Positions 27,022-35,678 of a stretch of DNA of 64,000 nucleotides are shown here, one piece after another. Each line of letters starts with the position of its first letter. Position 1 is the first letter of the stretch. The notes under the pieces are model-generated. The model did no database searches. It was not told where the DNA came from and worked only from the letters and a program-made list of their open reading frames with translations. The DNA comes from a virus (Duplodnaviria > Caudoviricetes). The position numbers were made by a program, and so were the translations under genes. The stretch spans positions 5,185-69,184 of the IMG/VR virus record IMGVR_UViG_3300049142_000092; one strand, 5' to 3'.

Positions 27022-27044
27022 CAACGCAATATGAAGGGACCGTC

Positions 27045-27346
27045 ATGTCCGAGTCTGAGGCGAGGGTGTCGGGGGACCTCGCTCGCCTCATGGCCAACCA
27101 CTGTGACCTTGAGCGGCTCCTGGTTGAGCACGCTCCTGACGAGAAGGGCCGCTGCGCCGCTTGCCGGTCGATAGGGTGCTCCACGTACCCGGCGGTGCTG
27201 GCAGCGGTGCAGCTACGGGCAAAGCGGGATGCCAAGTTCGGCAAGCTGCACGTGGAAGGATCCTCGGCGTGATTGACGACCTGGTGGTCTTCCGAGACAG
27301 GTACCAGGCCGGCTGGGCGCCGGACACGGAGGTGAACGGTGGCTGA
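27045..27346 (+). pseudogene. degenerate DUF6221-like remnant (76-aa ORF plus out-of-frame tail)
   Basis: EH...CAAC...C segment followed in another frame by RYQAGWAPDTEVNGG, matching the 15372 gene end YRAEWAPDTEVNCG. Confidence 0.4.
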
Positions 27347-27347
27347 G
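27301..27347 (+). repeat. 47-bp imperfect inverted repeat, right copy
   Basis: gtaccaggccggctgggcgccggacacggaggtgaacggtggctgag vs the reverse complement of 15371-15417. Confidence 0.9.
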
Positions 27348-27650
27348 ACTGAGGATGGCGTCTCCCGCGAGACTGGGTTCCGGATCCCACACCAGCACTG
27401 CGGCCAATGCGGGCGACCGGACACGACGCGCCAGCGCTACTCCAACGAGCGTGTCGAACTGCTCGCCACTACGCCATGCTGTGGCGCGCTGCCCTGCTAC
27501 GGATATGTTGCGTCCACGCCGTGGGTCGGACATCGAACCTGGACTCTGGTGTGGGCCTGCTGCATAGGTGAAGCGGATCGGCGACTCGGTGAGCAGACCA
27601 GCCTGATCCTTCCATCTAAGGAAGGCGGTGCATGGTGGGCCAAGGCATGA
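27339..27650 (+). CDS. Cys-containing hypothetical protein
   Basis: RBS gaggtg; CGQC...CC... Confidence 0.55.
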   Translation: MAETEDGVSRETGFRIPHQHCGQCGRPDTTRQRYSNERVELLATTPCCGALPCYGYVASTPWVGHRTWTLVWACCIGEADRRLGEQTSLILPSKEGGAWWAKA

Positions 27651-27907
27651 CCGCCCAGGATCTCGCCGCCGATCTCGGCATGCTGCAGCCCGACGACATC
27701 CAGTGGCTGCTGTCCGAGCACCTCGGTGTGGATCTGCACGACGAGGTGGTCCCGGTTGAGTGGTGCGTCGAGGTGCGGTGGATCTTGAACCCGAACGGGG
27801 AACGCACCGCACCAGCGCCCTTCTTCTGGACAGGGCACCCACTGTCGTGGGCTGGAGACTCGCCGACGGCCGGTGAGGGCGACTACGAGGGGATGTTCGA
27901 CTGGTGA
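27632..27907 (+). CDS. hypothetical protein
   Basis: ORF track; RBS aaggaagg. Confidence 0.6.
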   Translation: MVGQGMTAQDLAADLGMLQPDDIQWLLSEHLGVDLHDEVVPVEWCVEVRWILNPNGERTAPAPFFWTGHPLSWAGDSPTAGEGDYEGMFDW

Positions 27908-28278
27908 GCCTCGTCAACCTGACTCCGCATCCAGTGCGGGTCTACGCCGTCGACACCCCCGACCGGATAGGCGACCTCGACGACGGCTTGCTCTTCGTCT
28001 TCCCGCCGTCGGGGAAAGTCGCCCGAATCGCGATGATCGACCTCGGGACGGCCGGGCACGCGTACGACGAAGCGTCGGGCTACTCGACCTGGATCGACTG
28101 GCAGCAGTTCGGCCAGTGTCACGACCTCCCGCGGCCGGAGCACGGAACGAACTTCATCGTCTCCCTGATCGTAGCCCGCGACCAGACCAACCGAACCGAT
28201 CTGATCTTCCCGATCTCCGAAGTACGGAACACCCAAGGCACCGTCGTCGGATGCCGAGGGTTCGGTCGCGTCTGCTGA
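27904..28278 (+). CDS. conserved-looking hypothetical protein (NLTPH ... GC motif)
   Basis: LVNLTPHPVRV...PPSG..AR...LP.P..GT..IVS...R.DL..P...R...G...GC. Confidence 0.75.
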   Translation: MSLVNLTPHPVRVYAVDTPDRIGDLDDGLLFVFPPSGKVARIAMIDLGTAGHAYDEASGYSTWIDWQQFGQCHDLPRPEHGTNFIVSLIVARDQTNRTDLIFPISEVRNTQGTVVGCRGFGRVC

Positions 28279-28292
28279 TCCTGAAAGCACGA

Positions 28293-28332
28293 AAGAGGCC
28301 CTGCCCCACCCGAAGGTGAGACAGGGCCTCTT
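28293..28332. terminator. bidirectional hairpin terminator
   Basis: AAGAGGCCCTG ... CAGGGCCTCTT 11-bp arms between convergent genes. Confidence 0.8.
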
Positions 28333-28375
28333 CGTCTGCCCGGCGTGACGGGGATCAGACCGGGCGAGCTTGAGG

Positions 28376-28723
28376 TCAGACGTTGACGCTCGGCGCTGGC
28401 ACCGGCGCAACAACGCGGTCGCGGACGACGTACCCGGCGATGATCCCGATCGGCACCATCAACGCGGCCTGCTGCTCGGCCGACCAGTCCAGGCCGAGGC
28501 CGACGAACAGGGCGATCACGGCCTGGGCCGCGCCGGTGAGGGCGGGCAGCAGGTTGTCGGCCTTGACCAGGAACGCGGTAACGGCACCGGCCACGGCGAC
28601 CGCGGCCGCGTTGAGCAGGGCCTGCATGGTCGGGTCGTCCACGAACCAGAACGCGGCCACGGCCTGCACGATCGGGGCCAGCAAGCTGATGTACAGCAGC
28701 GCGGGCTCTCTACGGATGGACAT
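28376..28723 (-). CDS. holin
   Basis: MSIRREPALL...; four TM-like segments; immediately downstream of the endolysin. Confidence 0.8.
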   Translation of the reverse strand: MSIRREPALLYISLLAPIVQAVAAFWFVDDPTMQALLNAAAVAVAGAVTAFLVKADNLLPALTGAAQAVIALFVGLGLDWSAEQQAALMVPIGIIAGYVVRDRVVAPVPAPSVNV

Positions 28724-28778
28724 GGTCTCCCCTTCGGGGTCGGCCGGGACGTCGTCCCGGAGGCTGTGGCGGCCCACG

Positions 28779-29564
28779 TCAGGACGTGGGCTTGCCCTCG
28801 AGCGCAGCGACGCGCCGGCCGAGGTCTTCGAGGGTGCGGATGATGGCCGCGAGCTGGCCCGAGTCCGTGGGCGGCTGCGGGGCCGGAACGGGCTCGGCGA
28901 GCTTGGCCAGGATCTGGTCGCGCGCGAAGCCCACATCGACCCGGCGCGCGACCGCGATCGCGGCCAGCTCGTCGGGGGTGAGCGCGTTCGGGGCGTTGAC
29001 CGGGTCGGGCACGCCGAGCGCGGTCATGATCTGGTCCCGGGCGAAGCCGAGGTCGCGACGGAGCAGGTCGAGCTGGGCTGGGGTCATCTCGTCCTCTACG
29101 GGGGCCGCCGCGCGGAGCGCGACAGCGGGCTGCAGCACGGACTGGATCTTCTGGACGGTCAGCGACGTGGCGGCGGCCCGGGTCAGCTCGAGGTGAATAT
29201 GATCAACATGTGCGTTCGTGCCCGTGTACACGCGCCAGCCCGCGTCCGGGTAGGCCCCGGACCAGATCCGGCCGTTCCAGATCAGGCACTGCACGCCGAG
29301 CTCGGCGGACTGCAGCCGGAGCTGTTCGGCGAGCAGGGTGCCGTACGGCGCGGCGTGTGGGTTGATGCCGAGGTCGCAGGCACGTCCCTCACCGTGCAGG
29401 GAGGTCGTGGTTCCGCCGCGCACCGACCGACAGTTGTAGATGCCCAGGTTCTTGCCGCCCTGGGACCCGAATTGGCCCAGGAAGTACGCCATGAGCGCCT
29501 TCGCGCCCGGGGTCGGCCCGTCGGTGCAGCGCTTCGCGGGCTCGTAGACCCGAGCGAGGCTCAT
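28779..29564 (-). CDS. endolysin (M15-like Zn peptidase domain)
   Basis: GIYNCR...SLHGEGRACD...HVDHIHLE; C-terminal duplicated (L/V)GFARDQI motif, possibly for cell-wall binding. Confidence 0.85.
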   Translation of the reverse strand: MSLARVYEPAKRCTDGPTPGAKALMAYFLGQFGSQGGKNLGIYNCRSVRGGTTTSLHGEGRACDLGINPHAAPYGTLLAEQLRLQSAELGVQCLIWNGRIWSGAYPDAGWRVYTGTNAHVDHIHLELTRAAATSLTVQKIQSVLQPAVALRAAAPVEDEMTPAQLDLLRRDLGFARDQIMTALGVPDPVNAPNALTPDELAAIAVARRVDVGFARDQILAKLAEPVPAPQPPTDSGQLAAIIRTLEDLGRRVAALEGKPTS

Positions 29565-29809
29565 GCTCCGAACCAGGGATCGACGTAGTTCGGGTCGTCC
29601 CGGTCGGTGACCTCGTCCTCGGTCGGGTCCGGGGCGTTCGGATCGATCCAGTCCCCGACGTCACCGCCGCGGGCAGGCTCAGACGGGCCGACTACGGGCA
29701 GCATCGTGGTCACGGCCGGGTTCTGGCCGGGAGACGGGGCGTCCTTGTCGTACATCCACTTGAACTGTCCCGGCTGGTCCGGGTCAGGACGGAGGGCCCA
29801 GTCGCCCAT
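29561..29809 (-). CDS. small acidic Pro-rich hypothetical protein
   Basis: ORF track; ATGA overlap with the endolysin. Confidence 0.7.
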   Translation of the reverse strand: MGDWALRPDPDQPGQFKWMYDKDAPSPGQNPAVTTMLPVVGPSEPARGGDVGDWIDPNAPDPTEDEVTDRDDPNYVDPWFGA

Positions 29810-29879
29810 GGCTCACCTCCCGCAGATAGGAGGACGTCCCGCCACCGGGGAGCAGTGGCGGGACGTCCAGTTCGGTGGA

Positions 29880-30257
29880 TCAGACGTTCTCGTCGGGGCT
29901 AGTGCCGTCGCCAACCGCCCCGTCGGTCCCGGTGCCCGAACCGTCGGCGGGCTGCCCGGTCCCGCCGTCTGCGTCCGGGACCGGGTTCTCCGGGTCCTGC
30001 CCCATCTGCTCGAGCCGGGCCACCATCGGCTCCAGCTCGGCGGCCAGGGCCTCGTCCTGCTGGGCGAGGCGCCCACGCAGATCCTCGAGGTCGCGGGCGA
30101 TCTCGTCGGTCGCTGCGGCCAGGCGAGCGCGCAGCTCATCCACTCGTGCCATGGTGGCTTCTCCGATCCTCGTGATGTACTCCGTCTGGTCCATGACGTA
30201 GGACCAGAGGTTCTGCAGGTCGCCACGCGTGGCGGGCAACCAGTAGTCCCAGCTCAT
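29880..30257 (-). CDS. coiled-coil hypothetical protein
   Basis: VDELRARLAAATDEIARDLEDLRGRL... Confidence 0.7.
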   Translation of the reverse strand: MSWDYWLPATRGDLQNLWSYVMDQTEYITRIGEATMARVDELRARLAAATDEIARDLEDLRGRLAQQDEALAAELEPMVARLEQMGQDPENPVPDADGGTGQPADGSGTGTDGAVGDGTSPDENV

Positions 30258-30481
30258 CGGCTCCTCGTTCCCCACCGGGTGTTCGGGGTCGCGGATGTCC
30301 CGGTGGGCACGTCGCGGCGACGCGGCTCGCTCGGTGGCCGCTGGGTGGGCATCCGGGACCGGATGCGCTCGGCCCGGTGGTCGTGATGCACCGCGAACGG
30401 CAGCAGCGGTGCGAGATTGCGCCAGAGTTCGATCTCGTCAAGGGCGTCGGCCAGGTGCCGGTACGCGTCACCGGGCGACAT
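30254..30481 (-). CDS. small hypothetical protein
   Basis: ATGA overlap. Confidence 0.5.
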   Translation of the reverse strand: MSPGDAYRHLADALDEIELWRNLAPLLPFAVHHDHRAERIRSRMPTQRPPSEPRRRDVPTGTSATPNTRWGTRSR

Positions 30482-30642
30482 CTACCGCCCCCTGACAGTG
30501 CGGGTGAGCCAGTCGCGTACGACCATCCAGACTGGGCGCGTGTAGCGCCGGCACCAGCAGATCGAGCACTCCGTGCCCGTCCGATGGTGAAGGTGGGAGT
30601 CGCGAGCATGACCGCAGGCCGAGCACTTCATGCGACCTCCAC

Positions 30643-31248
30643 TCAGGGCACGAGCCGTGCCCAGACGATCCAGTTGTCGATGTAGTGGCCACTGCCGCGG
30701 TCGAAGGCTCCGCCGCAGGTAATGAGCCGCAGCTCGGGTTCGACGGTCGCGGCGTAGACCCGGTCGGTGGGGAACGCGTCCTTGGCGTGCCGCTCGACCG
30801 CGTACACGGCGAACCGCAGCGTCACGCCGTCGTCTCGCTCGATCTGGACCTCATCCCCGGGCACGAGCTCGTGCAGCCGGGCGAACACTCCGGGCTGTCC
30901 TTTGCGGCCGTTGACGATCCCGTCCACGTGCCCGGCCACGACCGCGGGCCCGCGCTCTCCGGGCATGATCTCGTCCCCGTCGAACTCGGGGTCCAGACCG
31001 GCGTAGTACCCGGCCTGGCCGGGGTCGTCCACCGGCGGTACGGCCAGCTCCCCGGCCTCGGTCAGGCCGAGTTCGGTCAGCGTGGACATCACGCCGATCT
31101 TCGGGATCCGGATCGTCGCTGGTCGCACGGCCGGGGCAGGCGCGCTGCTGACGGTGATCCCAGTCGACCCGCTCGGGGCATCGGGCCCCGGGGTCGAACA
31201 TCCACCAATCAGCAGCGCGCCGAGGAGCAGGGTAACGAGCCGGATCAA
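30643..31248 (-). CDS. class F sortase (lipoprotein)
   Basis: Lipobox-like LLIGGC; IRIPKIGV...LAVP...AGHVD (His)...LRLITCGG (Cys)...HYIDNWIVWA. Confidence 0.92.
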   Translation of the reverse strand: MIRLVTLLLGALLIGGCSTPGPDAPSGSTGITVSSAPAPAVRPATIRIPKIGVMSTLTELGLTEAGELAVPPVDDPGQAGYYAGLDPEFDGDEIMPGERGPAVVAGHVDGIVNGRKGQPGVFARLHELVPGDEVQIERDDGVTLRFAVYAVERHAKDAFPTDRVYAATVEPELRLITCGGAFDRGSGHYIDNWIVWARLVP

Positions 31249-31823
31249 GCCGGTCCGCCGCCGGTGGCCACCCCGCCGCGCGGGACGACGACCTTCACAT
31301 CCGGCGGGTTCACGGTCGTGGGCGGGGACGGGATAGCCGTGGCCTTGTCGTCGTCATCATCGTCGTCGTCGTCCCCGTCATCATCCCCATCGTTATCGCC
31401 GTCGTCGCAGGCCTTGTCCTTGTCCTGGATCGCGACCTTGAGCAGGGTGCGCAGCTCGGCGAGCCGGTTCGAGTCGGTGTCCACAGCCTTCTGCGCGCGG
31501 TCCACCCGGTCCTTTGCCGCAGCCAGAGTGTCCTGCGCGGTCTTCAGCGCGGCCTTCAGGGCAGCGTCATCCGGGCTCGCCGCCAGGTCCGCCTTAGCCT
31601 TGTCGACCGCGACCTGGGCGGCGTTGCGGGCGACCTTGGCCGCGTCGAGCTCCTTCAGCTCGTCGACCCGCTCTTCGGCCGCCCGATTGTCGAACCGCGT
31701 CTGTGCGGTCACGACCAGGGCCTTGGCCTCGCTGCAGGTCAGCCTGTCCGCGGCAAGGGCGAACGGAGCGGTCACCAGGGACAGCGCCACCACGGCACTG
31801 GTGGCGATGAGGCTGTTCTTCAA
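31245..31823 (-). CDS. secreted coiled-coil protein, candidate sortase substrate
   Basis: Signal peptide MKNSLIATSAVVALSLVTAPFALA; Cys pair around an Ala/Lys coiled coil; poly-Asp tract; ends VPRGGVATGGGPA; stop overlaps the sortase start (TTGA). Confidence 0.85.
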   Translation of the reverse strand: MKNSLIATSAVVALSLVTAPFALAADRLTCSEAKALVVTAQTRFDNRAAEERVDELKELDAAKVARNAAQVAVDKAKADLAASPDDAALKAALKTAQDTLAAAKDRVDRAQKAVDTDSNRLAELRTLLKVAIQDKDKACDDGDNDGDDDGDDDDDDDDDKATAIPSPPTTVNPPDVKVVVPRGGVATGGGPA

Positions 31824-31863
31824 TGGTCTCCCCTTGTCGGTGGGACTTGTCATAAGGACGCGG

Positions 31864-32268
31864 CTACGGCGTGCAGCGTTGCGTCGGCGCGGGTGCGGCG
31901 GACCGGGTCTGGTCGGCCTGGTCGAGACGTTCGAGGTAGCTCTGGATCGCGACCCGGCGGTCGATACCGCTCTCCTGGGAGAGCAACAGCTCACGCTGGG
32001 CCTGCCGGTCGGAACGCCCGGCCGCGACCGCGGCCTGCGACCACGTCATGAGGCCGTCGACCACGTTCTGGTAGCACTCGTTGATGTGGCGCTGCTGGGC
32101 GACGTTGGTCATCAGATACACCCAGAGCACGATCACGGCCACCGTGTGCGCACCGAGCGTGATCAGGGTGGCGATCCTGATCCCGTCCATCTGGAGCATC
32201 GGCGGGACCGGTTCGGGTGGGTCGCCGCGCGGAGTATCAACGGGGTCCGGGGTGGCCTTCTCGGTCAC
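31864..32268 (-). CDS. single-TM membrane protein
   Basis: [21 protein letters not shown]; helical C-terminal domain with two Cys. Confidence 0.75.
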   Translation of the reverse strand: MTEKATPDPVDTPRGDPPEPVPPMLQMDGIRIATLITLGAHTVAVIVLWVYLMTNVAQQRHINECYQNVVDGLMTWSQAAVAAGRSDRQAQRELLLSQESGIDRRVAIQSYLERLDQADQTRSAAPAPTQRCTP

Positions 32269-33056
32269 GGTCCTGGCTCGCTCTCGACGTCGTCCGGGGG
32301 CTCGGTCGTCGGTTCGGATGCGGAATCGGACGAACAGGAGTACGTGGGCGAGGAGTCGCTTCCGCCCTCGCGGGTGCAGAGGTAGTCGACGCCCTGCAAT
32401 GTCATCCGGTAGGCCCCAGGAGGGGGGCCGGCCGAGCCGGGTTCGCCCTGCGATCCGGGCGGTCCGGGCTCACCTTGCGGCCCGGCTGGTCCGGCCGGGC
32501 CCTGAGGACCGGCCACCCCGGGTGCGCCGTCCCGGCCGTCGATCCCATTCCGGCCCGCCGGACCAGCGGGTCCGGACGGTCCGGACGGTCCTTGCGGGCC
32601 CGGCACCGTGGAGTCCGTCCCCGGTGGGCCCTGCAGCCCGGTCTCGCCTTGCGGTCCGGCCGCACCCGGCTCACCGGCCGGACCGGGCGGACCGGGCACA
32701 GGGTCGGCCCGGACCTGCTCCGCTTCCTGGCAGACCCCGACCTGCTGCAGTCGCTTGGCGGCTTCCCCACCGGCCGCGCACGCGGCCACCACGCGCTCGG
32801 CCAGACCCTGCGCCTGGTCCGCGGCCGCATCGCGCTGACTGGTGACCACAGGTAGCTGCTCGGCCTGATCCTGGACTTGGCCGACTCGGCTGGTGAGCAG
32901 TACGCCCGCTCCCACGGCGAGCGCGGCCAGGATCGCGACGACCGCGAGCACCCAGCGCGGGTGGCCGCGCTCGTCCTTGCGATGCAGGCCGGTGATCTCG
33001 ACCACGTCACGCGGGGGCATTCGCACCCGCCGACCGTGTCGGCGCGGGGCCGTCAT
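32265..33056 (-). CDS. membrane-anchored collagen-like protein
   Basis: [22 protein letters not shown], coiled coil, ~29 Gly-X-Y triplets with one interruption, C-terminal two-Cys domain. Confidence 0.9.
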   Translation of the reverse strand: MTAPRRHGRRVRMPPRDVVEITGLHRKDERGHPRWVLAVVAILAALAVGAGVLLTSRVGQVQDQAEQLPVVTSQRDAAADQAQGLAERVVAACAAGGEAAKRLQQVGVCQEAEQVRADPVPGPPGPAGEPGAAGPQGETGLQGPPGTDSTVPGPQGPSGPSGPAGPAGRNGIDGRDGAPGVAGPQGPAGPAGPQGEPGPPGSQGEPGSAGPPPGAYRMTLQGVDYLCTREGGSDSSPTYSCSSDSASEPTTEPPDDVESEPGP

Positions 33057-33303
33057 CGTCCTCGTCCGCCTCCAGGATCTCCGGGCGCGGCGGAACAGGG
33101 TGTCGGGCTTGCACGAGTTCTTCCTCGAGCAGGTTGATGTGTGCGAGCGCGGCCAAGAACTTGCGCTGCGCCTCGCGCGCCAGCCGCCGGTAGAACCGGC
33201 CGTCCTCTGCGACGCGGCGCGACCGACCGGCCAGCACGGCTGCGACCGCGGCCAGCAAACCGGTCAGGCCGGTGAACGTCGCCGAGATGAGTTCGACGCT
33301 CAA
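33007..33303 (-). CDS. single-TM protein (lysis cassette)
   Basis: N-terminal TM followed by a coiled coil. Confidence 0.7.
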   Translation of the reverse strand: MSVELISATFTGLTGLLAAVAAVLAGRSRRVAEDGRFYRRLAREAQRKFLAALAHINLLEEELVQARHPVPPRPEILEADEDDDGPAPTRSAGANAPA

Positions 33304-33344
33304 CGCGCCCTCCCTGCGCTCGAACGATCACGTACACGCAGGGA

Positions 33345-33608
33345 TCAGTCCTCCGATCTTCGCCGCAGGTGGGCGAGCGTGCCGCCGAGCGCGAGCAGCA
33401 GACCCACGGCGAGCAGGGGCATACGCCAGTTGCCCGCGTTGCCCCAGGAGTCGATCTGTCCGGCCACAACCACAAACCCGATCACGGCCAGGCCGAGGAA
33501 ACGGGCTCGCTGGTCGAGCTTCATGTGTTCGCGCCACATGCTGTAGACGCACGTGAACGCCAGTGGGAGGGCCAGGCCGACACAGACTGCACGCAGGAAG
33601 TCCGCCAT
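33345..33608 (-). CDS. small 3-TM membrane protein (holin-like)
   Basis: Three hydrophobic segments, basic C-terminus. Confidence 0.7.
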   Translation of the reverse strand: MADFLRAVCVGLALPLAFTCVYSMWREHMKLDQRARFLGLAVIGFVVVAGQIDSWGNAGNWRMPLLAVGLLLALGGTLAHLRRRSED

Positions 33609-33668
33609 CAGTCCTCCTCCGGCGGGCCCGCGCTCAGGGGCGGACCGCGATGGGCGTGCCTGCACGGC

Positions 33669-35525
33669 TCACGGGGTGAACGTGGCGCCGGTGGCGAGGT
33701 TCTGCCACACCGACCCGGTCCACATGACCGGCCCCACGCCACAGGCCAGGCCGGAATCGGTGTTGTAGGCCCGGTCCCCGGTCGTGCGGGAGTTGACCAG
33801 GTCCAGGTCAATCGGGAAGTCCGGGGCGCGGACCGCGATGGTGCCGGCGTCGCGGAAGGTGCGCAGTGCGTTGGTGGTGCCGGTCAGCCCCTGGCCGTGG
33901 CGGATCACCAGGTTGCCGCCGGCGACATACACGATGCCGTTGATGGCGGAGACGTCGATGTCGGACAGGTTGACCTCGCCGGACAGCTGGGTGGCGAACC
34001 CCCAGGCCATGTCGCTGGCCCGGATCCCGCGCAGCACGGCACGCCCCAGGGTCCCGCTCGCAACCTGGGCGTCGAACAGGGCACCGTCCCCGATACCGGT
34101 GCAGGTCCCGTCGGACAGGTAGGCGGCGGTCACCGTCGCCCCGGTGCCCATGCGCACCACGGATGCGCTGGCGGGGAGTGTGACGGTGAAGTCGGAGACC
34201 GACAGGTTGGTTACGGTGCCCAGGACGATCACCATGTGGTCGCCGCTGGCCGGGGAGGCGTGGGTGACGCCTTGAACCAGCAACGACCCGACGGTGACTC
34301 CGGTGACGACCTGACAGAGGAACCCGGCGGTCGAGACGACGTTGCGAACGGTGACCTTTGAGCTGTTGCAGGCGACCTGCACGGCGATGAAGAAGTCGCC
34401 GGTGCCCTTCGCGGTGAGGCCGTCCACGAGCACGTTGTTGATGTGGCCGTCGGTGAGGGAGACACCGGTGTACTCGCCCAGCGAGGTGCCGCGAACGTTG
34501 CGGATGGCGACGTTGTCGATGTCCAGGCCGTTGCGGGTGAAGCACTTCACGATGTTGATCTCGGAGATGACGTCGATGTCCTCGAGCACCGCATCCCGGA
34601 TCTCGCCGGCCACGTCGGTGTACTGGTCGAGGTCGTCGCAGCCCAGCACCACCGAGTCATCCCCGGTGGTGCCGGTGATTCCGCGGATCGTCACCCCGTC
34701 CGCCGGGCCCTGCACGTGCACACCGTCCGAGCTGGTAGCGAACGACACGTCGGAGATCTTCAGCCGGGTCACGTCACCCGGGTTGATCGCGTACTTACCA
34801 GCCGAGGACACGACCCGCAGGTCGCGGACCGTCAGCCCGTCCACCCGCCGGAACCGCAGCATGTGCCGGCCGGGGTTGTCGAGCCCGCCCGCGTTGCTGC
34901 CCGCGTCCCAGGTGCCGCCGATGACCAGGATGTTCTCGTCCCGGTCGTAGACCGGGACGCTCGCGCCGCTCACCGTAGTGGCCGCGGCCGTGTCCAGGGT
35001 GGCGGTGGTGCCGGCCACCGACACGATCTTCGCGCAGAGTGGGGTCGTGGCCAGGCCGCTGGCTGCCACGCCCGCTCCCGGGACGGCGACGCTGCGGCCG
35101 ATGTCGTCGGTGGTCCAGGCCGCCGACGCCGAGGTGAGCGCGGTGGTGCCGGAGGTGATCGCGGCACCGGTGACCGTGCGCTGCACGGTCGCGACGGCGA
35201 AGTTCTGCAGCAGGTTCGCCTGGTCCACGCCCGCGTCCAGGACCACCTTGCAGCCGGTCATGTCGAGCACGGTGTTGGAGCCGATGATGAGCGGTCCACT
35301 GATCAGGTAGGTGCTGCCCGCTCGGCCGCGGATCAGGCCACCGGAGTTGCGCACCGCCGCGAGTTCGCCGTTGATCGCAGCGGTGTCGTCGGTGGCGCCG
35401 TCTCCGGCCGTGCCGGCGATCCCGCCTAGCGCCTCGACGACACCGCCCTCGATGTTGTTCAGTCGGGCGGCCGTGATCTCGGTGATCCCGAACCCGTCGA
35501 CCCAGGTGTACGGGGTGTACGGCAC
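33669..35525 (-). CDS. tailspike / pectin-lyase-like beta-helix protein
   Basis: N-terminal YTPYTWVDG...ITAARLNNIEGG anchor; AGDGATDDTAAI...G.TYLI pectate_lyase_3-like start; DGVHV...NITG..GDD rungs. Confidence 0.85.
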   Translation of the reverse strand: MPYTPYTWVDGFGITEITAARLNNIEGGVVEALGGIAGTAGDGATDDTAAINGELAAVRNSGGLIRGRAGSTYLISGPLIIGSNTVLDMTGCKVVLDAGVDQANLLQNFAVATVQRTVTGAAITSGTTALTSASAAWTTDDIGRSVAVPGAGVAASGLATTPLCAKIVSVAGTTATLDTAAATTVSGASVPVYDRDENILVIGGTWDAGSNAGGLDNPGRHMLRFRRVDGLTVRDLRVVSSAGKYAINPGDVTRLKISDVSFATSSDGVHVQGPADGVTIRGITGTTGDDSVVLGCDDLDQYTDVAGEIRDAVLEDIDVISEINIVKCFTRNGLDIDNVAIRNVRGTSLGEYTGVSLTDGHINNVLVDGLTAKGTGDFFIAVQVACNSSKVTVRNVVSTAGFLCQVVTGVTVGSLLVQGVTHASPASGDHMVIVLGTVTNLSVSDFTVTLPASASVVRMGTGATVTAAYLSDGTCTGIGDGALFDAQVASGTLGRAVLRGIRASDMAWGFATQLSGEVNLSDIDVSAINGIVYVAGGNLVIRHGQGLTGTTNALRTFRDAGTIAVRAPDFPIDLDLVNSRTTGDRAYNTDSGLACGVGPVMWTGSVWQNLATGATFTP

Positions 35526-35528
35526 GGG

Positions 35529-35678
35529 TCAGCCCTCCTGCTTCGATTCGTCACGCTGGGCCAGCAATGCCTCGACCACGGCCTCGTTGGCGGCGGCCCG
35601 CCACAGCGCTTCGCCGAGCGGCTCCCGGCAGAGGATCTGGACGACCCGCTCGGGCGGGACGGAGGGCAGGTCAGGCAT
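35529..35678 (-). CDS. 49-aa hypothetical tail-region protein (not in ORF track)
   Basis: Hand translation MPDLPSVPPERVVQILCREPLGEALWRAAANEAVVEALLAQRDESKQEG. Confidence 0.55.
   Translation of the reverse strand: MPDLPSVPPERVVQILCREPLGEALWRAAANEAVVEALLAQRDESKQEG

Noticed and set aside
30377-30685. Antisense gene between the sortase and the 30254 ORF
   Set aside because: Weak codon bias, overlaps on both sides, no RBS or -10 signal; probably spurious.
30685-32385. 566-aa plus-strand ORF (and similar long ORFs such as 56659-58578, 185-1282, 18634-19914, 37579-38751)
   Set aside because: Antisense shadows of well-supported genes; Arg/Pro/Ala-rich or Val/Gly-rich nonsense typical of stop-poor 70% GC DNA.
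28376-33608. LysB / mycolylarabinogalactan esterase
   Set aside because: No cutinase-like GxSxG protein in the lysis cassette, so a mycolic-acid host is not supported.
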